A DNA stretch of 64,000 nt. Source: Elusimicrobiaceae bacterium (GTDB taxonomy: Bacteria; Elusimicrobiota; Elusimicrobia; Elusimicrobiales; Elusimicrobiaceae). Each line of letters begins with the position of its first letter. Position 1 is the stretch's first letter. A model generated the notes under the pieces. That model saw only the letters and a list, made by a program, of their open reading frames with translations, was not told the DNA's origin and did not search any database. The translations under genes were made by a program, and so were the position numbers. Shown piece after piece: positions 45,714-55,301 of the stretch. The DNA is taken from assembly GCA_045658545.1 (NCBI GenBank), contig JAZOVE010000008.1, positions 16,995-80,994 on the forward strand, given 5' to 3'.

Positions 45714-46658
45714 ATGTTAAAAACAGTATTTTTCGGTACACCGCAAGTGGCAGTTCCGTTTCTGGAAGTGCTTGCAAAAATGACGGATGTAAAACTCGTC
45801 ATCACGCAACCCGACAGGCCAAAAGGCCGCGGGCTTGTTTTGACACCTTGCCCCGTCAAAGAATTTGCACTTAAAAATAATTTACCCGTAGAAAGTCCGG
45901 AAAAATTAAAAGATTTTGTTCCAAATATTTCCGCACTAAATGCTGATATCGGCATTTGCGTTGCCTACGGTAAAATTTTCCGCAAACCTGCTTTAGATGC
46001 CTTTAAACAAGGCATTGTAAATGTACATTTTTCAATGTTGCCGAAATATCGTGGCGCTTCACCTGTGCAAAGTGCATTAATGAACGGTGAAACAAAAACA
46101 GGTATAACTTTATTTGCCATAGATGAAGGTATGGACACCGGCGCAATAATTGCCGCCAAAGAAACCGAAATTTTGCAGCAAGATAATGCCGTAACTTTAT
46201 TTGAAAAATTAACAAATATTGCTACAAAAGTTTTGGAAGATTTTTTAACAAAAGCGGAAACAAACAGTTATACAAAAAACGCACAAATCGGCACACCTAG
46301 TTTTGCACCGTTAATACCTAAAGAAAAAACTTTTATAAATTTTGCAAATCAAACTGCGACGGAAATAAATAATCTTGTCCGCGCCCTTGCCGCCGGCGCA
46401 CCGAGTTTTGCGAAAGCAAACACACAAGACGGGCAAATTGTACAAATAATAAAAACCGCAATTCCCCAAAAACAAAACACAAAAAATTATGTGCCGGGGG
46501 CATTGGTTTCTATTGAAAGGAACGTCGGTTTTTTGGTACAATGTAAAGAGGGTGTTTTGTTGGTTGAAACAGTCCGCCCGGCAGGGAAAGGGCTTATGCC
46601 TGCTTTTGCCTATATAAACGGTAAAAAATATGAAGAAGGAAATATAATTTTTAAATAA
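45714..46658 (+). CDS. fmt: Methionyl-tRNA formyltransferase
   Basis: 314 aa with VFFGTP, QPDRPKGRG and HFSMLPKYRGASP motifs. Confidence 0.93.
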   Translation: MLKTVFFGTPQVAVPFLEVLAKMTDVKLVITQPDRPKGRGLVLTPCPVKEFALKNNLPVESPEKLKDFVPNISALNADIGICVAYGKIFRKPALDAFKQGIVNVHFSMLPKYRGASPVQSALMNGETKTGITLFAIDEGMDTGAIIAAKETEILQQDNAVTLFEKLTNIATKVLEDFLTKAETNSYTKNAQIGTPSFAPLIPKEKTFINFANQTATEINNLVRALAAGAPSFAKANTQDGQIVQIIKTAIPQKQNTKNYVPGALVSIERNVGFLVQCKEGVLLVETVRPAGKGLMPAFAYINGKKYEEGNIIFK

Positions 46659-46659
46659 T

Positions 46660-47661
46660 ATGTCAGATATTGAAAGTAAAGAAATTTTAGACGGTAAACG
46701 TTCGGCATCCATTAAAGTTTTCAAAGCAATTTCAGCTTTAATTTTGGTTATTGCATTTTTAGGAACAATAGCATTTGTTTCTTTTAATTGGGCTTTTTCC
46801 GCTTTAGTACATACAAGAAAGGAACAACCCGTTCCCGACTTAACAAATAAAAATATTGATACCGCGCTTGACTTGCTTGCCAATGTAAATTTAGCTATGA
46901 AAAAGGCCGGGGAAGAATATCAACCCGATATTCCCGCCGGTTCGGTTATAAGGCAACTTCCCCCCGCCGGAATTTTAGTTCGTGAAGGGAAAGTAGTGCG
47001 CGTGTGGGTTAGCCAAGGTAAAGAAAGTGTTGAAGTTCCAGATGTTACTTCAATGCCTTTAAGAAATGCAGAATTTACTTTAAGGCAAGCAAATTTGGAA
47101 ATAGGCAAGACAGATACAGCTTACTCCGTAGAAGTAGAAAAGGGCAATATTATCAGCCAAAATCCTGCACCGTTAACTTTAGTGGTTAAAGGTCAAAAGG
47201 TTGATTTAGTCGTATCAAACGGCGCGCCAAACAGCGGTTTAATTTTAGTCCCTGATTTCCGCCATAAAAAATTTGCCGAGGCAAATAATTGGGCCTCAAA
47301 TAATAATTTAGAAATCAGCGTCGTGGAAGATCCTAATTCCTTCTTCCCCGCCGGAACTGTGCTTAACCAAACCCCACAACCTGATGAAGAAATTGCGCAG
47401 GGGGCAACACTTGAGCTTACTATCAGTTCAAATAAAGAGGTTTTAGGCGAAAAATTGCACCGTATCCATTATGAATTACCGCAAGGTAAAAACGATAATC
47501 GTGTGCGTATAATTTTGATTGATAATTTAGGCGAAAAAGAAATTTTAAATGAGTTTAAACAAGCCGGCAGTAAGATTGACTTAAATGTTCCTTACGGCGG
47601 TGAAGCGACTGTCAGAATTTATGTGGACGGCATATTAGTCCGCCAAAAGGAATTAAAGTAA
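46660..47661 (+). CDS. Membrane-anchored PASTA-domain protein (no kinase or transpeptidase domain)
   Basis: Has an N-terminal TM helix and three PASTA-like units, each starting VPD(L/V/F). A ~90-aa beta-rich C-terminal domain follows. Confidence 0.7.
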   Translation: MSDIESKEILDGKRSASIKVFKAISALILVIAFLGTIAFVSFNWAFSALVHTRKEQPVPDLTNKNIDTALDLLANVNLAMKKAGEEYQPDIPAGSVIRQLPPAGILVREGKVVRVWVSQGKESVEVPDVTSMPLRNAEFTLRQANLEIGKTDTAYSVEVEKGNIISQNPAPLTLVVKGQKVDLVVSNGAPNSGLILVPDFRHKKFAEANNWASNNNLEISVVEDPNSFFPAGTVLNQTPQPDEEIAQGATLELTISSNKEVLGEKLHRIHYELPQGKNDNRVRIILIDNLGEKEILNEFKQAGSKIDLNVPYGGEATVRIYVDGILVRQKELK

Positions 47662-47667
47662 AATTTT

Positions 47668-48339
47668 ATGATAGCACTTCCAAAACCGACTTTTAATGCA
47701 ATAGCACCGTCGATATTATCGGCAAATCAGTTGATCTTGGGAGAGCAAATAAAAACGGTTACGGAACTTGGTGCAAGCTGGTTGCATATTGATATTATGG
47801 ACGGTCATTTTGTTCCGAATTTAAGTTTCGGTCCGGCAACGGTAAAGTGGATTAATACCACAACAAAACTTGCACAAGATGTGCATTTAATGGTGGAAGA
47901 TCCTCAAAAATATTTGGATGCTTTTATAAAAGCCGGTTCAAGCTCTTTGACATTACATGTAGAATCAAAAGGTAATTTAAAAGAACTTTTGAAAAAAATA
48001 AAAGATGCAGGTTTAAGTGCGGGCATTTCAATTAAGCCCGATACAAACCCGCAAATTTTGGAACAGTTTTTAGATATTATAGATCTTGTTTTAGTTATGA
48101 CGGTATACCCCGGTTTCGGCGGCCAGGCATTTTTAGATAAGGCCCCGAAGCAAATTGAGACCGTAAAAAAAGTAATTGCAAATAAGCCAATTTGGCTTGA
48201 AGTTGATGGTGGAATTAATAAAGACACCGTTAAAATCGCCAAAGCGGCAGGTGCAAATGCTTTTGTTGCAGGCAATTCCTTGTTTGGGGCTGCCGATATA
48301 AAACAAGCCTATAAAGATTTAAAAGATGCTATTAATTAG
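47668..48339 (+). CDS. rpe: Ribulose-phosphate 3-epimerase
   Basis: 223 aa with APSILSAN, HIDIMDGHFVPN, MTVYPGFGGQ and VDGGIN motifs. Confidence 0.93.
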   Translation: MIALPKPTFNAIAPSILSANQLILGEQIKTVTELGASWLHIDIMDGHFVPNLSFGPATVKWINTTTKLAQDVHLMVEDPQKYLDAFIKAGSSSLTLHVESKGNLKELLKKIKDAGLSAGISIKPDTNPQILEQFLDIIDLVLVMTVYPGFGGQAFLDKAPKQIETVKKVIANKPIWLEVDGGINKDTVKIAKAAGANAFVAGNSLFGAADIKQAYKDLKDAIN

Positions 48340-48383
48340 CAGATTTCAGCGCATTATGCGCAATTAAAGAAAGGAGAGTATGT

Positions 48384-48626
48384 ATGGCAGTAGTAATTCG
48401 TCTACAAAGAACAGGTAAAAGGACACAACCTCAATACCGCGTTATTGTTGCGGAAAAGAGAAGTGCCGTCGGCGCACAAGCTAAAGAAGTACTTGGCACC
48501 TTTAACCCTTGCTTGAAAGAAAACGAGCAACTCCATATTGACTTAGAAAAAGTTAATAAATGGGTTAAAGTAGGTGCATTGCCTTCTAAGACCGTTGCGG
48601 CCCTGTTAAAGAAAGCGAGCAAATAG
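48384..48626 (+). CDS. rpsP: 30S ribosomal protein S16
   Basis: 80 aa starting MAVVIRLQRTGKRTQPQYRVIVAE. Confidence 0.95.
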   Translation: MAVVIRLQRTGKRTQPQYRVIVAEKRSAVGAQAKEVLGTFNPCLKENEQLHIDLEKVNKWVKVGALPSKTVAALLKKASK

Positions 48627-48636
48627 GTAAAATTCC

Positions 48637-48867
48637 ATGAAAGAATTGGCAAATTACCTACTTAAATCTTTAGCACAAAACAAAGATGCAGTAATCATTG
48701 ATGCTAAAGAAGAAGAAAATAGTGTTTATCTCACTGTACGTGTTGATGAAGCAGATAAAGGGCGCATTATAGGTAAAGACGGTTGTATTATTAAAGCTGT
48801 CCGCACCGTATTAGGCGCTTATGCGGCAAAGGAAAAAAAGAAAGTTACACTTAAACTTGAGGACTAA
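48637..48867 (+). CDS. KH-domain RNA-binding protein (UPF0109/YlqC family)
   Basis: 76 aa with the GRIIGKDG KH GXXG motif. It occupies the conserved position after rpsP. Confidence 0.8.
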   Translation: MKELANYLLKSLAQNKDAVIIDAKEEENSVYLTVRVDEADKGRIIGKDGCIIKAVRTVLGAYAAKEKKKVTLKLED

Positions 48868-49589
48868 TGCTTAAAATTGATATTATCACTTTGTTTCCGG
48901 AAGTAATTATGCCCTACTTAAATACAAGTATTTTAAAAAGGGCGCGTGAAGCAAAAGCAATAAATATCAGTTGCACAAATCCAAGAGAGTTTACAAAAGA
49001 TAAACATAAAACTGTTGATGACAGGCCTTACGGCGGCGGTGCCGGAATGTTGATGAAAGCAGATCCGCTTTATAAGGCAATAAAGAAAGTTAAGAAAACA
49101 AATTCTTTAGTCATTTTAACAAGCCCCCGCGGCAAGAAGTTTTCCCAAGAGCTAGCAAAAAAGCTGGCAAAAAAGAAACACTTAATAATTGTATGCGGGC
49201 ATTACGAGGGTGTGGACGCAAGAATATACCCAGAAATAGACCTTGAAATTTCTTTAGGGGATTTTATCCTCACAGGCGGCGAACTTGCAGCTTTGAGTAT
49301 TACAGATGCAATAACCCGTTTGCAAAAAGGAACTTTTAAAAAAGATACCGTTACAACGGAAGAAAGTTTTGAAAATTCCTTACTTGAGGCCCCACAGTAC
49401 ACTAGGCCGGAGGTTTGGCATAGAAGGCGCGTTCCGCAAGTTTTACTTAGCGGAAACCATAAAGAAATAGCGGTCTGGAAACAAAAAACGGCGCTTGAAA
49501 TTACAAAGAAATTCAGGCCCGATATGCTTGATAATAGACCTCTCAAAACAAGCGATGAAGTAAAAAGACTCAAGAGGAGAAAAAAATGA
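48867..49589 (+). CDS. trmD: tRNA (guanine37-N1)-methyltransferase
   Basis: 240 aa with [21 protein letters not shown] and GDFILTGGE motifs. Confidence 0.95.
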   Translation: MLKIDIITLFPEVIMPYLNTSILKRAREAKAINISCTNPREFTKDKHKTVDDRPYGGGAGMLMKADPLYKAIKKVKKTNSLVILTSPRGKKFSQELAKKLAKKKHLIIVCGHYEGVDARIYPEIDLEISLGDFILTGGELAALSITDAITRLQKGTFKKDTVTTEESFENSLLEAPQYTRPEVWHRRRVPQVLLSGNHKEIAVWKQKTALEITKKFRPDMLDNRPLKTSDEVKRLKRRKK

Positions 49590-50092
49590 ACATTGAAGAA
49601 GTAAATAAACAATTAAAAAAGGATATTCCTTTTTTCAAAGCAGGTGACACTGTACGCGTTGCCGTAAAAGTTGTCGAAGGCGACAATGAAAGAATCCAAA
49701 ATTTTGACGGTGTTGTTATTGCACGCCGCGGTCACGGAATCAGCGAAAGTTTTACAGTTCGCAAAATTTCCTTCGGCGTCGGTGTGGAAAGAATTTTCCC
49801 TATCAACAGCCCCAGAATTGAAAGCATTACCGTATTAAGAAACGGCAAAGTACGCCGCGCAAAACTTAATTACCTTAAAGCACTTTCAGGTAAAGCTGCA
49901 AGATTGCAAGAAAAAGCTAAAGTTATCCCCGGTGCGGAAACAGTTAAAGAAGAAGTTACAGTTGAAACTGTTGCCCCTGCGGTAACCGAAGCAGCAACCG
50001 AAGCCCCTAAAGCCGAAGTTCAAGCAGAAGCAAAACCGGCAGTAAAAAAAGCTCCGGCAAAAAAAGCTGCAGCAAAAACAGAAGCAAAATAA
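49586..50092 (+). CDS. rplS: 50S ribosomal protein L19 with a ~50-aa A/K/E/P/V-rich C-terminal extension
   Basis: The L19 core reads [25 protein letters not shown]....[17 protein letters not shown]. It is followed by ...[40 protein letters not shown]. Confidence 0.92.
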   Translation: MNIEEVNKQLKKDIPFFKAGDTVRVAVKVVEGDNERIQNFDGVVIARRGHGISESFTVRKISFGVGVERIFPINSPRIESITVLRNGKVRRAKLNYLKALSGKAARLQEKAKVIPGAETVKEEVTVETVAPAVTEAATEAPKAEVQAEAKPAVKKAPAKKAAAKTEAK

Positions 50093-50118
50093 ATTATTAA
50101 AATAATTTGTTTTAAAAA
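50086..50118 (+). repeat. Left copy of an exact 33-bp direct repeat (AAAATAAATTATTAAAATAATTTGTTTTAAAAA)
   Basis: Identical to 51342..51374. It overlaps the rplS stop codon and is followed by a C5G-type terminator hairpin. Confidence 0.9.
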
Positions 50119-50121
50119 ATT

Positions 50122-50154
50122 CCCCCGTCTAAAAATTATTAGGCGGGGTTTTTA
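50122..50154 (+). terminator. Intrinsic terminator after rplS
   Basis: CCCCGTCT-aaaaattatt-AGGCGGGG followed by TTTTTAT. Confidence 0.7.
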
Positions 50155-50169
50155 TGCCTACTTATCTTA

Positions 50170-50213
50170 TAGGTCCTTTGGCCCTTGTTTATATTAAATA
50201 AAACACTTATAAT
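50170..50213 (+). promoter_or_regulatory. Single-unit TAGGTCC/CCCTTG operator fused to the promoter of the protease gene
   Basis: TAGGTCCTTTGGCCCTTG (50170..50187). The -35 TTGTTT (50185..50190), a 17-nt spacer, then the -10 TATAAT (50208..50213). Confidence 0.65.
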
Positions 50214-50231
50214 TTATATAAGAGGTTTATT

Positions 50232-51338
50232 ATGAAAAAATATTATTTTATTTTGTTTTTATTATTTATTATTTCCCCACTATTAGTGCAGGGGCAAGTT
50301 AAGGAAGATTTATGGGCAGTTTTTGAACCTAATAACTCAGCTATTTCATCAGAGGCACCGGAGGTTGAAATTTGTTCTATCGTCGCAAAAGATGATCGTA
50401 TAAATATTACCGGTAAAGCTACCGATTGGGAAAAAGCAGTAGTGGTTTTAGAAATGATAAATGATAATGGAAGCAAAGGCTTATGTTCCGGTTCCATGGT
50501 CGCTGAAAACATCGTACTAACAGCAGCACATTGTTTAACTGAACAAGGTAAATTTATGAAAAGCGTACAAGTATTTGCAGTTGGTGTACCTTCTTCTATT
50601 TCGTCTAAAATACTCCCAAAAAATGATGATACAGAACAAAAACCATGGGACTCATTAGATAATATAATTTCTAAAATTAATCAAAACAAGAAACAAAACA
50701 ATTATGACAACAACTCATCTGTTATATCAGCAAATCAAATTAGCCAAGTAATAAAAAATAATATCAATCCAGATGACATTAAACAAGCAAATATTTTTAA
50801 TAATATATTAAACAATTTACATAGCGGATTATACCCATCAGCAACTGCTACGAAATTATGGGTACCTAAAGAATATCTGCGATATACTAAAGATAAACAT
50901 GATGATTCCTTAAATGTAGATAAAGAAGAAGTTTTTGATTATGGTATTATAATCTTAGATAACCCCATAGGGGAAAAAACCGGTTGGCTTGGATTAAATG
51001 TAAAATCCAAAGAACAATTAGAAGGTATAGAAATTACAGTTATAGGCCGTTCAGGGGATAAACCCGCCCGTTCTTTATGGAAAACCGCTGGACATATCAA
51101 TAAAGTACATCAATATTATTTTTATCATGATGCAGATATTATCGGCGGTAATAGCGGTGGCCCGATTTTCGATAAAAAAGATCCTAGTAAAATTATTGCT
51201 TTAGCAAATTTCGGTGACAGACGCAAATATGTAGCGGAAGGTTATCCAAATGGAGGTTTACGCATTAATAACCGCATTATTAATGCCGTAAATCATCATA
51301 AAAAAACCAAAGAAGATAAATCAACACCAAAAAGGTAA
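50232..51338 (+). CDS. Secreted trypsin-like serine protease (S1 family, V8/Glu-endopeptidase-like)
   Basis: Has a signal peptide and the triad contexts LTAAHCL (His), DYGIIILD (Asp) and GGNSGGPIF (Ser). An N/K/Q/S-rich insert of ~80 aa lies between His and Asp. Confidence 0.8.
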   Translation: MKKYYFILFLLFIISPLLVQGQVKEDLWAVFEPNNSAISSEAPEVEICSIVAKDDRINITGKATDWEKAVVVLEMINDNGSKGLCSGSMVAENIVLTAAHCLTEQGKFMKSVQVFAVGVPSSISSKILPKNDDTEQKPWDSLDNIISKINQNKKQNNYDNNSSVISANQISQVIKNNINPDDIKQANIFNNILNNLHSGLYPSATATKLWVPKEYLRYTKDKHDDSLNVDKEEVFDYGIIILDNPIGEKTGWLGLNVKSKEQLEGIEITVIGRSGDKPARSLWKTAGHINKVHQYYFYHDADIIGGNSGGPIFDKKDPSKIIALANFGDRRKYVAEGYPNGGLRINNRIINAVNHHKKTKEDKSTPKR

Positions 51339-51341
51339 AAT

Positions 51342-51374
51342 AAAATAAATTATTAAAATAATTTGTTTTAAAAA
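51342..51374 (+). repeat. Right copy of the exact 33-bp direct repeat
   Basis: Identical to 50086..50118. It starts 4 nt after the protease stop codon and is again followed by a C5G-type hairpin. Confidence 0.9.
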
Positions 51375-51408
51375 CCCCCGCGTTAGAAGTTTAGCGCGGG
51401 GGTTTTTA
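51375..51408. terminator. Bidirectional intrinsic terminator between the convergent protease and 842-aa genes
   Basis: CCCCCGCG-ttagaagtttag-CGCGGGGG, flanked by A-runs on the left and TTTTT on the right. The 8-bp stem is the same as in the terminator at 40322..40373. Confidence 0.75.
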
Positions 51409-51421
51409 TATTAAACTTGAT

Positions 51422-53950
51422 TTAATTATACATATAATTTACTTTTATTAAGTTCGGATGTGTGGTTAGGTGCTGCGCAGGTATTAATAACTCTTTAATT
51501 TCTTCCGGAGATTTCTTAAGCAAATTATTAAAAGGATCTCTCATATCAAGATTTATGTGGTAATTTATGGCCCTATCGCCATATAATTCATAGTAATGAA
51601 AATGATATTTAGGGAAATCTTTTGCCTTCACTTCATTATATCTCCGTTCGGATAGTAATGTGTAGACTTCTTCTTTTAAATTATATTCGTGCGGAGTAAT
51701 GCGTATGAACTTTTTACCATCTGCACTAAGCATTTTAAAATATTTGCCTCCATCTACAAGAAATACTTTACAGGGGGTAGCCTGAGTACATTCTAATAAA
51801 TTTACATATGTTTCAAAAGTCTGACTTGGATTTTTAGGGGAAAATAAATTCCTTTTTGATAAAGATCTACTTCGTTTAGATACTTTTAAAATTTCATTAA
51901 TTTCAAAATCTTTCTTACCGACAGCCTCAACTAAAAAGATATCATTAGAATCAAAAACCCAATTATATCTCCCCCCTTTAGGGAAATAAGCAATAGTAAA
52001 TTTTGATTCCGGGTTATTAATTATTCTAAGATAATGTTTAGAATATAATCTTTTTATTCTTTCTATAATAGAACGCGTTATATCTAAATTAGCATTTTGT
52101 AATATGTATTTTATTTGATTATCTTTTATTACATTTTTTAAGTCTTGCCATTTAACCCCCATGGCTCTGGCAATATTTTTAGTATTATCATAGCCGATAT
52201 TTCGCATCCAATCATTGGCATTATCTATAAAATATTTAATTTCTCTTTCATAGCGTTTTTGTGCTCTTAATGGCCACTTCTTATATTCGTTAGGATAATA
52301 CCCCTCATAATATTCTATATCTTCTTTCCATGCATTATCCAGTCGCATTTCCCGTTCTTCTCTTAGATTTTCATAATATTCTGGACTCTTTTTAGGGTTT
52401 ACATGGTCATGTGTCCACGTTCTGCTATTAGTTATAGAGTTAACCCTTCGGTCACCTACATAATCAGGCATAAAATCTTGCCCAACGGCAATTCCAATGT
52501 CCTCTTCCATTTCATCTAGGCGTCGGTATAATCGCATTTCCACTCGCTTTGCATTTTGTGCAACTTCCGAAACTCTTTCTCCATTATAATAAGATATTTT
52601 TAAATGAGGGGTTTTTCTCATACCTTCCACAACAGCTTTTATTTTATTAAAAGCAAATAAAGGTAATAAGATCATATCATCAATGAAAGCTTCTTTAATA
52701 AATTGTTTGGCAATTTGTGCGCTTGCAAATACGGTGTTAATTCCTTCCGGATTAAGGGACGGCGAACACCAATAATCTGTAGCTTTACTTTCCATTATAC
52801 CGCCGAAATCGTTAACCCAATAAGCTGCTTGTATACGTTGGCGCAAGAAGAAATCAAGCTCTGCATTTTGTGTTAGCATAGCAGGGGTACCTGCACGTAA
52901 AAGTTTTTCCCCGTTATATTCTTCGTATCTATATTCTTCACATGCGGAAGTAAGTTCATAATAAGATTCCAAACCGGCACGAAGTTCTTGCCTTCTACCA
53001 TTACCTATACGGATTGAAAGTAAAGCCAAAGATGTTTCCAAACCTGCAATATTATTATACTCTGTTTGGGTATAGGGTAATAAATCTATAGCATTACCGT
53101 TTTCAATCATTAACTGTGTTATCAAAGGTAAAAGTATTGCATCTTGATAATCATATTTAATAGTTTTTTGCGCTTTATCTAAAAACTTTTTTGATTCTTC
53201 TAAAAATTTTTTATAATCAGTATAATATAAAGCCATCATTAGCGGTGCTTTAACTTCACCGTTACTTTTTGGTGTGCCGAAATCTTTGGTAAGTAATTTT
53301 GTTATTGTTTTCGTAGCTTTAGGTAAATTATTTGTTTCTTTAGCTAAAGCAAAATGTAACTCCTCGTAAGTAATATTTTTCTGGCAACTGTTTTCTTTGC
53401 ATTTCGGGAAAGCTTTTGCTACTAATGAAACTAAACCCCAGCCCTCACAAATACCAGGGTTACATTTTTCAAGTTTAGGTAATTGCCCGTCTATTTTTTT
53501 AAATAATTCTTCTTGGTGTGCTTTGCTTATTTGTTTGTTTTCTACTTGCTCTTTTAAAATTACTGCCGCTAAAACGCTGTCATAATGTTCAATTAATATT
53601 TCATTAAATTTATCTACATACTCTGATGCTTTTTCGATATTCTCTTTAGCTGAATAAACCTCTGCCTCTTCCGAGTAATCAATTAATTTTTTGCTTACCG
53701 AATAATTACCATTAACGCCATAAAAATATTCAAGTTTTTTATTATATTCACTAATATCGGAGTATATTGGATTTTTTGTATTATGTAAACATCTTCTTTG
53801 AATAGCAAGCTCTGCCGCTCTTGATGCAGCATTTTCAGAGAGATATTTGTTATTATAATAATTATCTATATGTTGTTTACAATCATCTTTTGCAATGGCA
53901 AATTGTGTAAACACAAGCAAAGATAATATAAGATAAATATATTTCTTCAT
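51422..53950 (-). CDS. Large secreted hypothetical protein (842 aa)
   Basis: Signal peptide (LILSLLVFTQFAIA), K/E/Y/N-rich, several Cys pairs in the N-terminal 200 aa. No recognisable domain. It is preceded by the TAGGTCC/CCCTTG operator. Confidence 0.6.
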   Translation of the reverse strand: MKKYIYLILSLLVFTQFAIAKDDCKQHIDNYYNNKYLSENAASRAAELAIQRRCLHNTKNPIYSDISEYNKKLEYFYGVNGNYSVSKKLIDYSEEAEVYSAKENIEKASEYVDKFNEILIEHYDSVLAAVILKEQVENKQISKAHQEELFKKIDGQLPKLEKCNPGICEGWGLVSLVAKAFPKCKENSCQKNITYEELHFALAKETNNLPKATKTITKLLTKDFGTPKSNGEVKAPLMMALYYTDYKKFLEESKKFLDKAQKTIKYDYQDAILLPLITQLMIENGNAIDLLPYTQTEYNNIAGLETSLALLSIRIGNGRRQELRAGLESYYELTSACEEYRYEEYNGEKLLRAGTPAMLTQNAELDFFLRQRIQAAYWVNDFGGIMESKATDYWCSPSLNPEGINTVFASAQIAKQFIKEAFIDDMILLPLFAFNKIKAVVEGMRKTPHLKISYYNGERVSEVAQNAKRVEMRLYRRLDEMEEDIGIAVGQDFMPDYVGDRRVNSITNSRTWTHDHVNPKKSPEYYENLREEREMRLDNAWKEDIEYYEGYYPNEYKKWPLRAQKRYEREIKYFIDNANDWMRNIGYDNTKNIARAMGVKWQDLKNVIKDNQIKYILQNANLDITRSIIERIKRLYSKHYLRIINNPESKFTIAYFPKGGRYNWVFDSNDIFLVEAVGKKDFEINEILKVSKRSRSLSKRNLFSPKNPSQTFETYVNLLECTQATPCKVFLVDGGKYFKMLSADGKKFIRITPHEYNLKEEVYTLLSERRYNEVKAKDFPKYHFHYYELYGDRAINYHINLDMRDPFNNLLKKSPEEIKELLIPAQHLTTHPNLIKVNYMYN

Positions 53951-53965
53951 AATACACCTATATAT

Positions 53966-54032
53966 ATTTTTACAATTATTTATTGTTTTAACAAGGGTAT
54001 TTAGACCTAGGCAAAAAGGGCCAAAAGTCCTA
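53966..54032 (-). promoter_or_regulatory. Two-unit TAGG.C./CCCTTG operator-promoter of the 842-aa gene
   Basis: The minus strand reads TAGGACTTTTGGCCCTTT..TAGGTCTAAATACCCTTG. The -35 is TTGTTA (53989..53994). The -10 is only A/T-rich here (TAAAAA/AAAAAT). Confidence 0.5.
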
Positions 54033-54042
54033 TATACAAAAC

Positions 54043-54078
54043 ATAGAAAAACGCCTCCGCTATTAAGCGGGAGCGTTT
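54043..54078 (-). terminator. Intrinsic terminator of the oad operon
   Basis: The minus strand reads AAACGCTCCCGC-ttaata-GCGGAGGCGTTT followed by TTCTATG. Confidence 0.7.
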
Positions 54079-54097
54079 GTTTTCAAAATTAAATTAT

Positions 54098-55294
54098 TTA
54101 TTTACCGAGCATAGCAAGCAAAATACCTGCCGCAACCGCTGATCCGATTACACCTGCCACATTTGGCCCCATAGCATGCATAAGTAAATAATTTTGTTGG
54201 TCAAATTCTTGGCCGACTTTGTTTGCAACACGCGCCGCCATAGGCACTGCAGAAACACCTGCCGCACCGATAAGCGGGTTAACTTTATTTTTGGTAAATA
54301 AGTTCATAAGTTTTGCAATCAAAACACCTGAAGCAGTACCAACACAGAAAGCACATAAACCAAGCACTACAATTATAACCGTCTTAACTTGCAAGAATTT
54401 ATCTGCAGAAAGTTTTGAACCGACTGCAAGACCGAGCAAAATAGTAACGATATTGATAAGTTCATTTTGCATTGTTTTTGCAAGGCGGTTTGTTGCACCG
54501 CATTCTTTAACCAAGTTACCGAACATCAAACAACCGATTAACGGTGTAGCATCAGGTATAAACATTGCACACATTAATAAAACCATAATCGGGAAAATAA
54601 TTTTTTCCCTTTTGCTGACGGGGCGAAGTTGCTCCATCCTGATTTTGCGTTCTTTGGGGGTTGTCAAAAATTTCATTATAGGCGGCTGAATTATTGGCAC
54701 TAAAGCCATATAAGAATAAGCCGCAACCGCAATTGCACCAAGCAAATTAGGCGCAAGTTTTGAAGTTAAGAATATAGCCGTCGGGCCATCTGCACCGCCG
54801 ATAATGCCGATAGAGGCGGCCTCTTTCATACTAAAGCTTAAATCGGGTGAAATATTACCAAGCATCAAAGCACCGAAGATGGTAAAAAATATACCGAACT
54901 GTGCCGCCGCACCCAAAAGCAAAGTACGCGGGTTTGCAATTAAAGGCCCGAAATCAGTCATAGCACCAACGCCCATAAATATCAGCAAAGGAAACAAACC
55001 CGAGTTAATACCAAACCCGTAAACCTGCCCCAAAAAACCGCCGAAAGCAGTTTGAACAGTTCCGCTCGCATCAACGCTTGAAACTGTTAAAGCCGCAATT
55101 CCCGCGACGGGTATATTTGACAGCAAACCGCCAAAACCGATAGGTATTAACAAAAGCGGTTCAAATTGCTTGACGATACCAAGCCAGAGTAACACTAAAC
55201 AAATGGCAATCATGGCAACTTGCCCGCAAGTGAAATTTGCGATACCGCTTGTTGCCCAAAGTGTTTGCAAAGAATTTAAAATATCTGCTAACAT
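54098..55294 (-). CDS. oadB: Na+-translocating oxaloacetate decarboxylase beta subunit (OadB/GcdB/MmdB family)
   Basis: 398-aa polytopic membrane protein with family-typical segments ([38 protein letters not shown]). Confidence 0.88.
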   Translation of the reverse strand: MLADILNSLQTLWATSGIANFTCGQVAMIAICLVLLWLGIVKQFEPLLLIPIGFGGLLSNIPVAGIAALTVSSVDASGTVQTAFGGFLGQVYGFGINSGLFPLLIFMGVGAMTDFGPLIANPRTLLLGAAAQFGIFFTIFGALMLGNISPDLSFSMKEAASIGIIGGADGPTAIFLTSKLAPNLLGAIAVAAYSYMALVPIIQPPIMKFLTTPKERKIRMEQLRPVSKREKIIFPIMVLLMCAMFIPDATPLIGCLMFGNLVKECGATNRLAKTMQNELINIVTILLGLAVGSKLSADKFLQVKTVIIVVLGLCAFCVGTASGVLIAKLMNLFTKNKVNPLIGAAGVSAVPMAARVANKVGQEFDQQNYLLMHAMGPNVAGVIGSAVAAGILLAMLGK

Positions 55295-55301
55295 AATTCA
55301 C

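Noticed and set aside
48637-48867. Absence of rimM between the KH-protein gene and trmD
   Set aside because: The operon order rpsP-KH-(rimM)-trmD-rplS varies among phyla, and rimM may be elsewhere in the genome. Its absence cannot be judged from one window.
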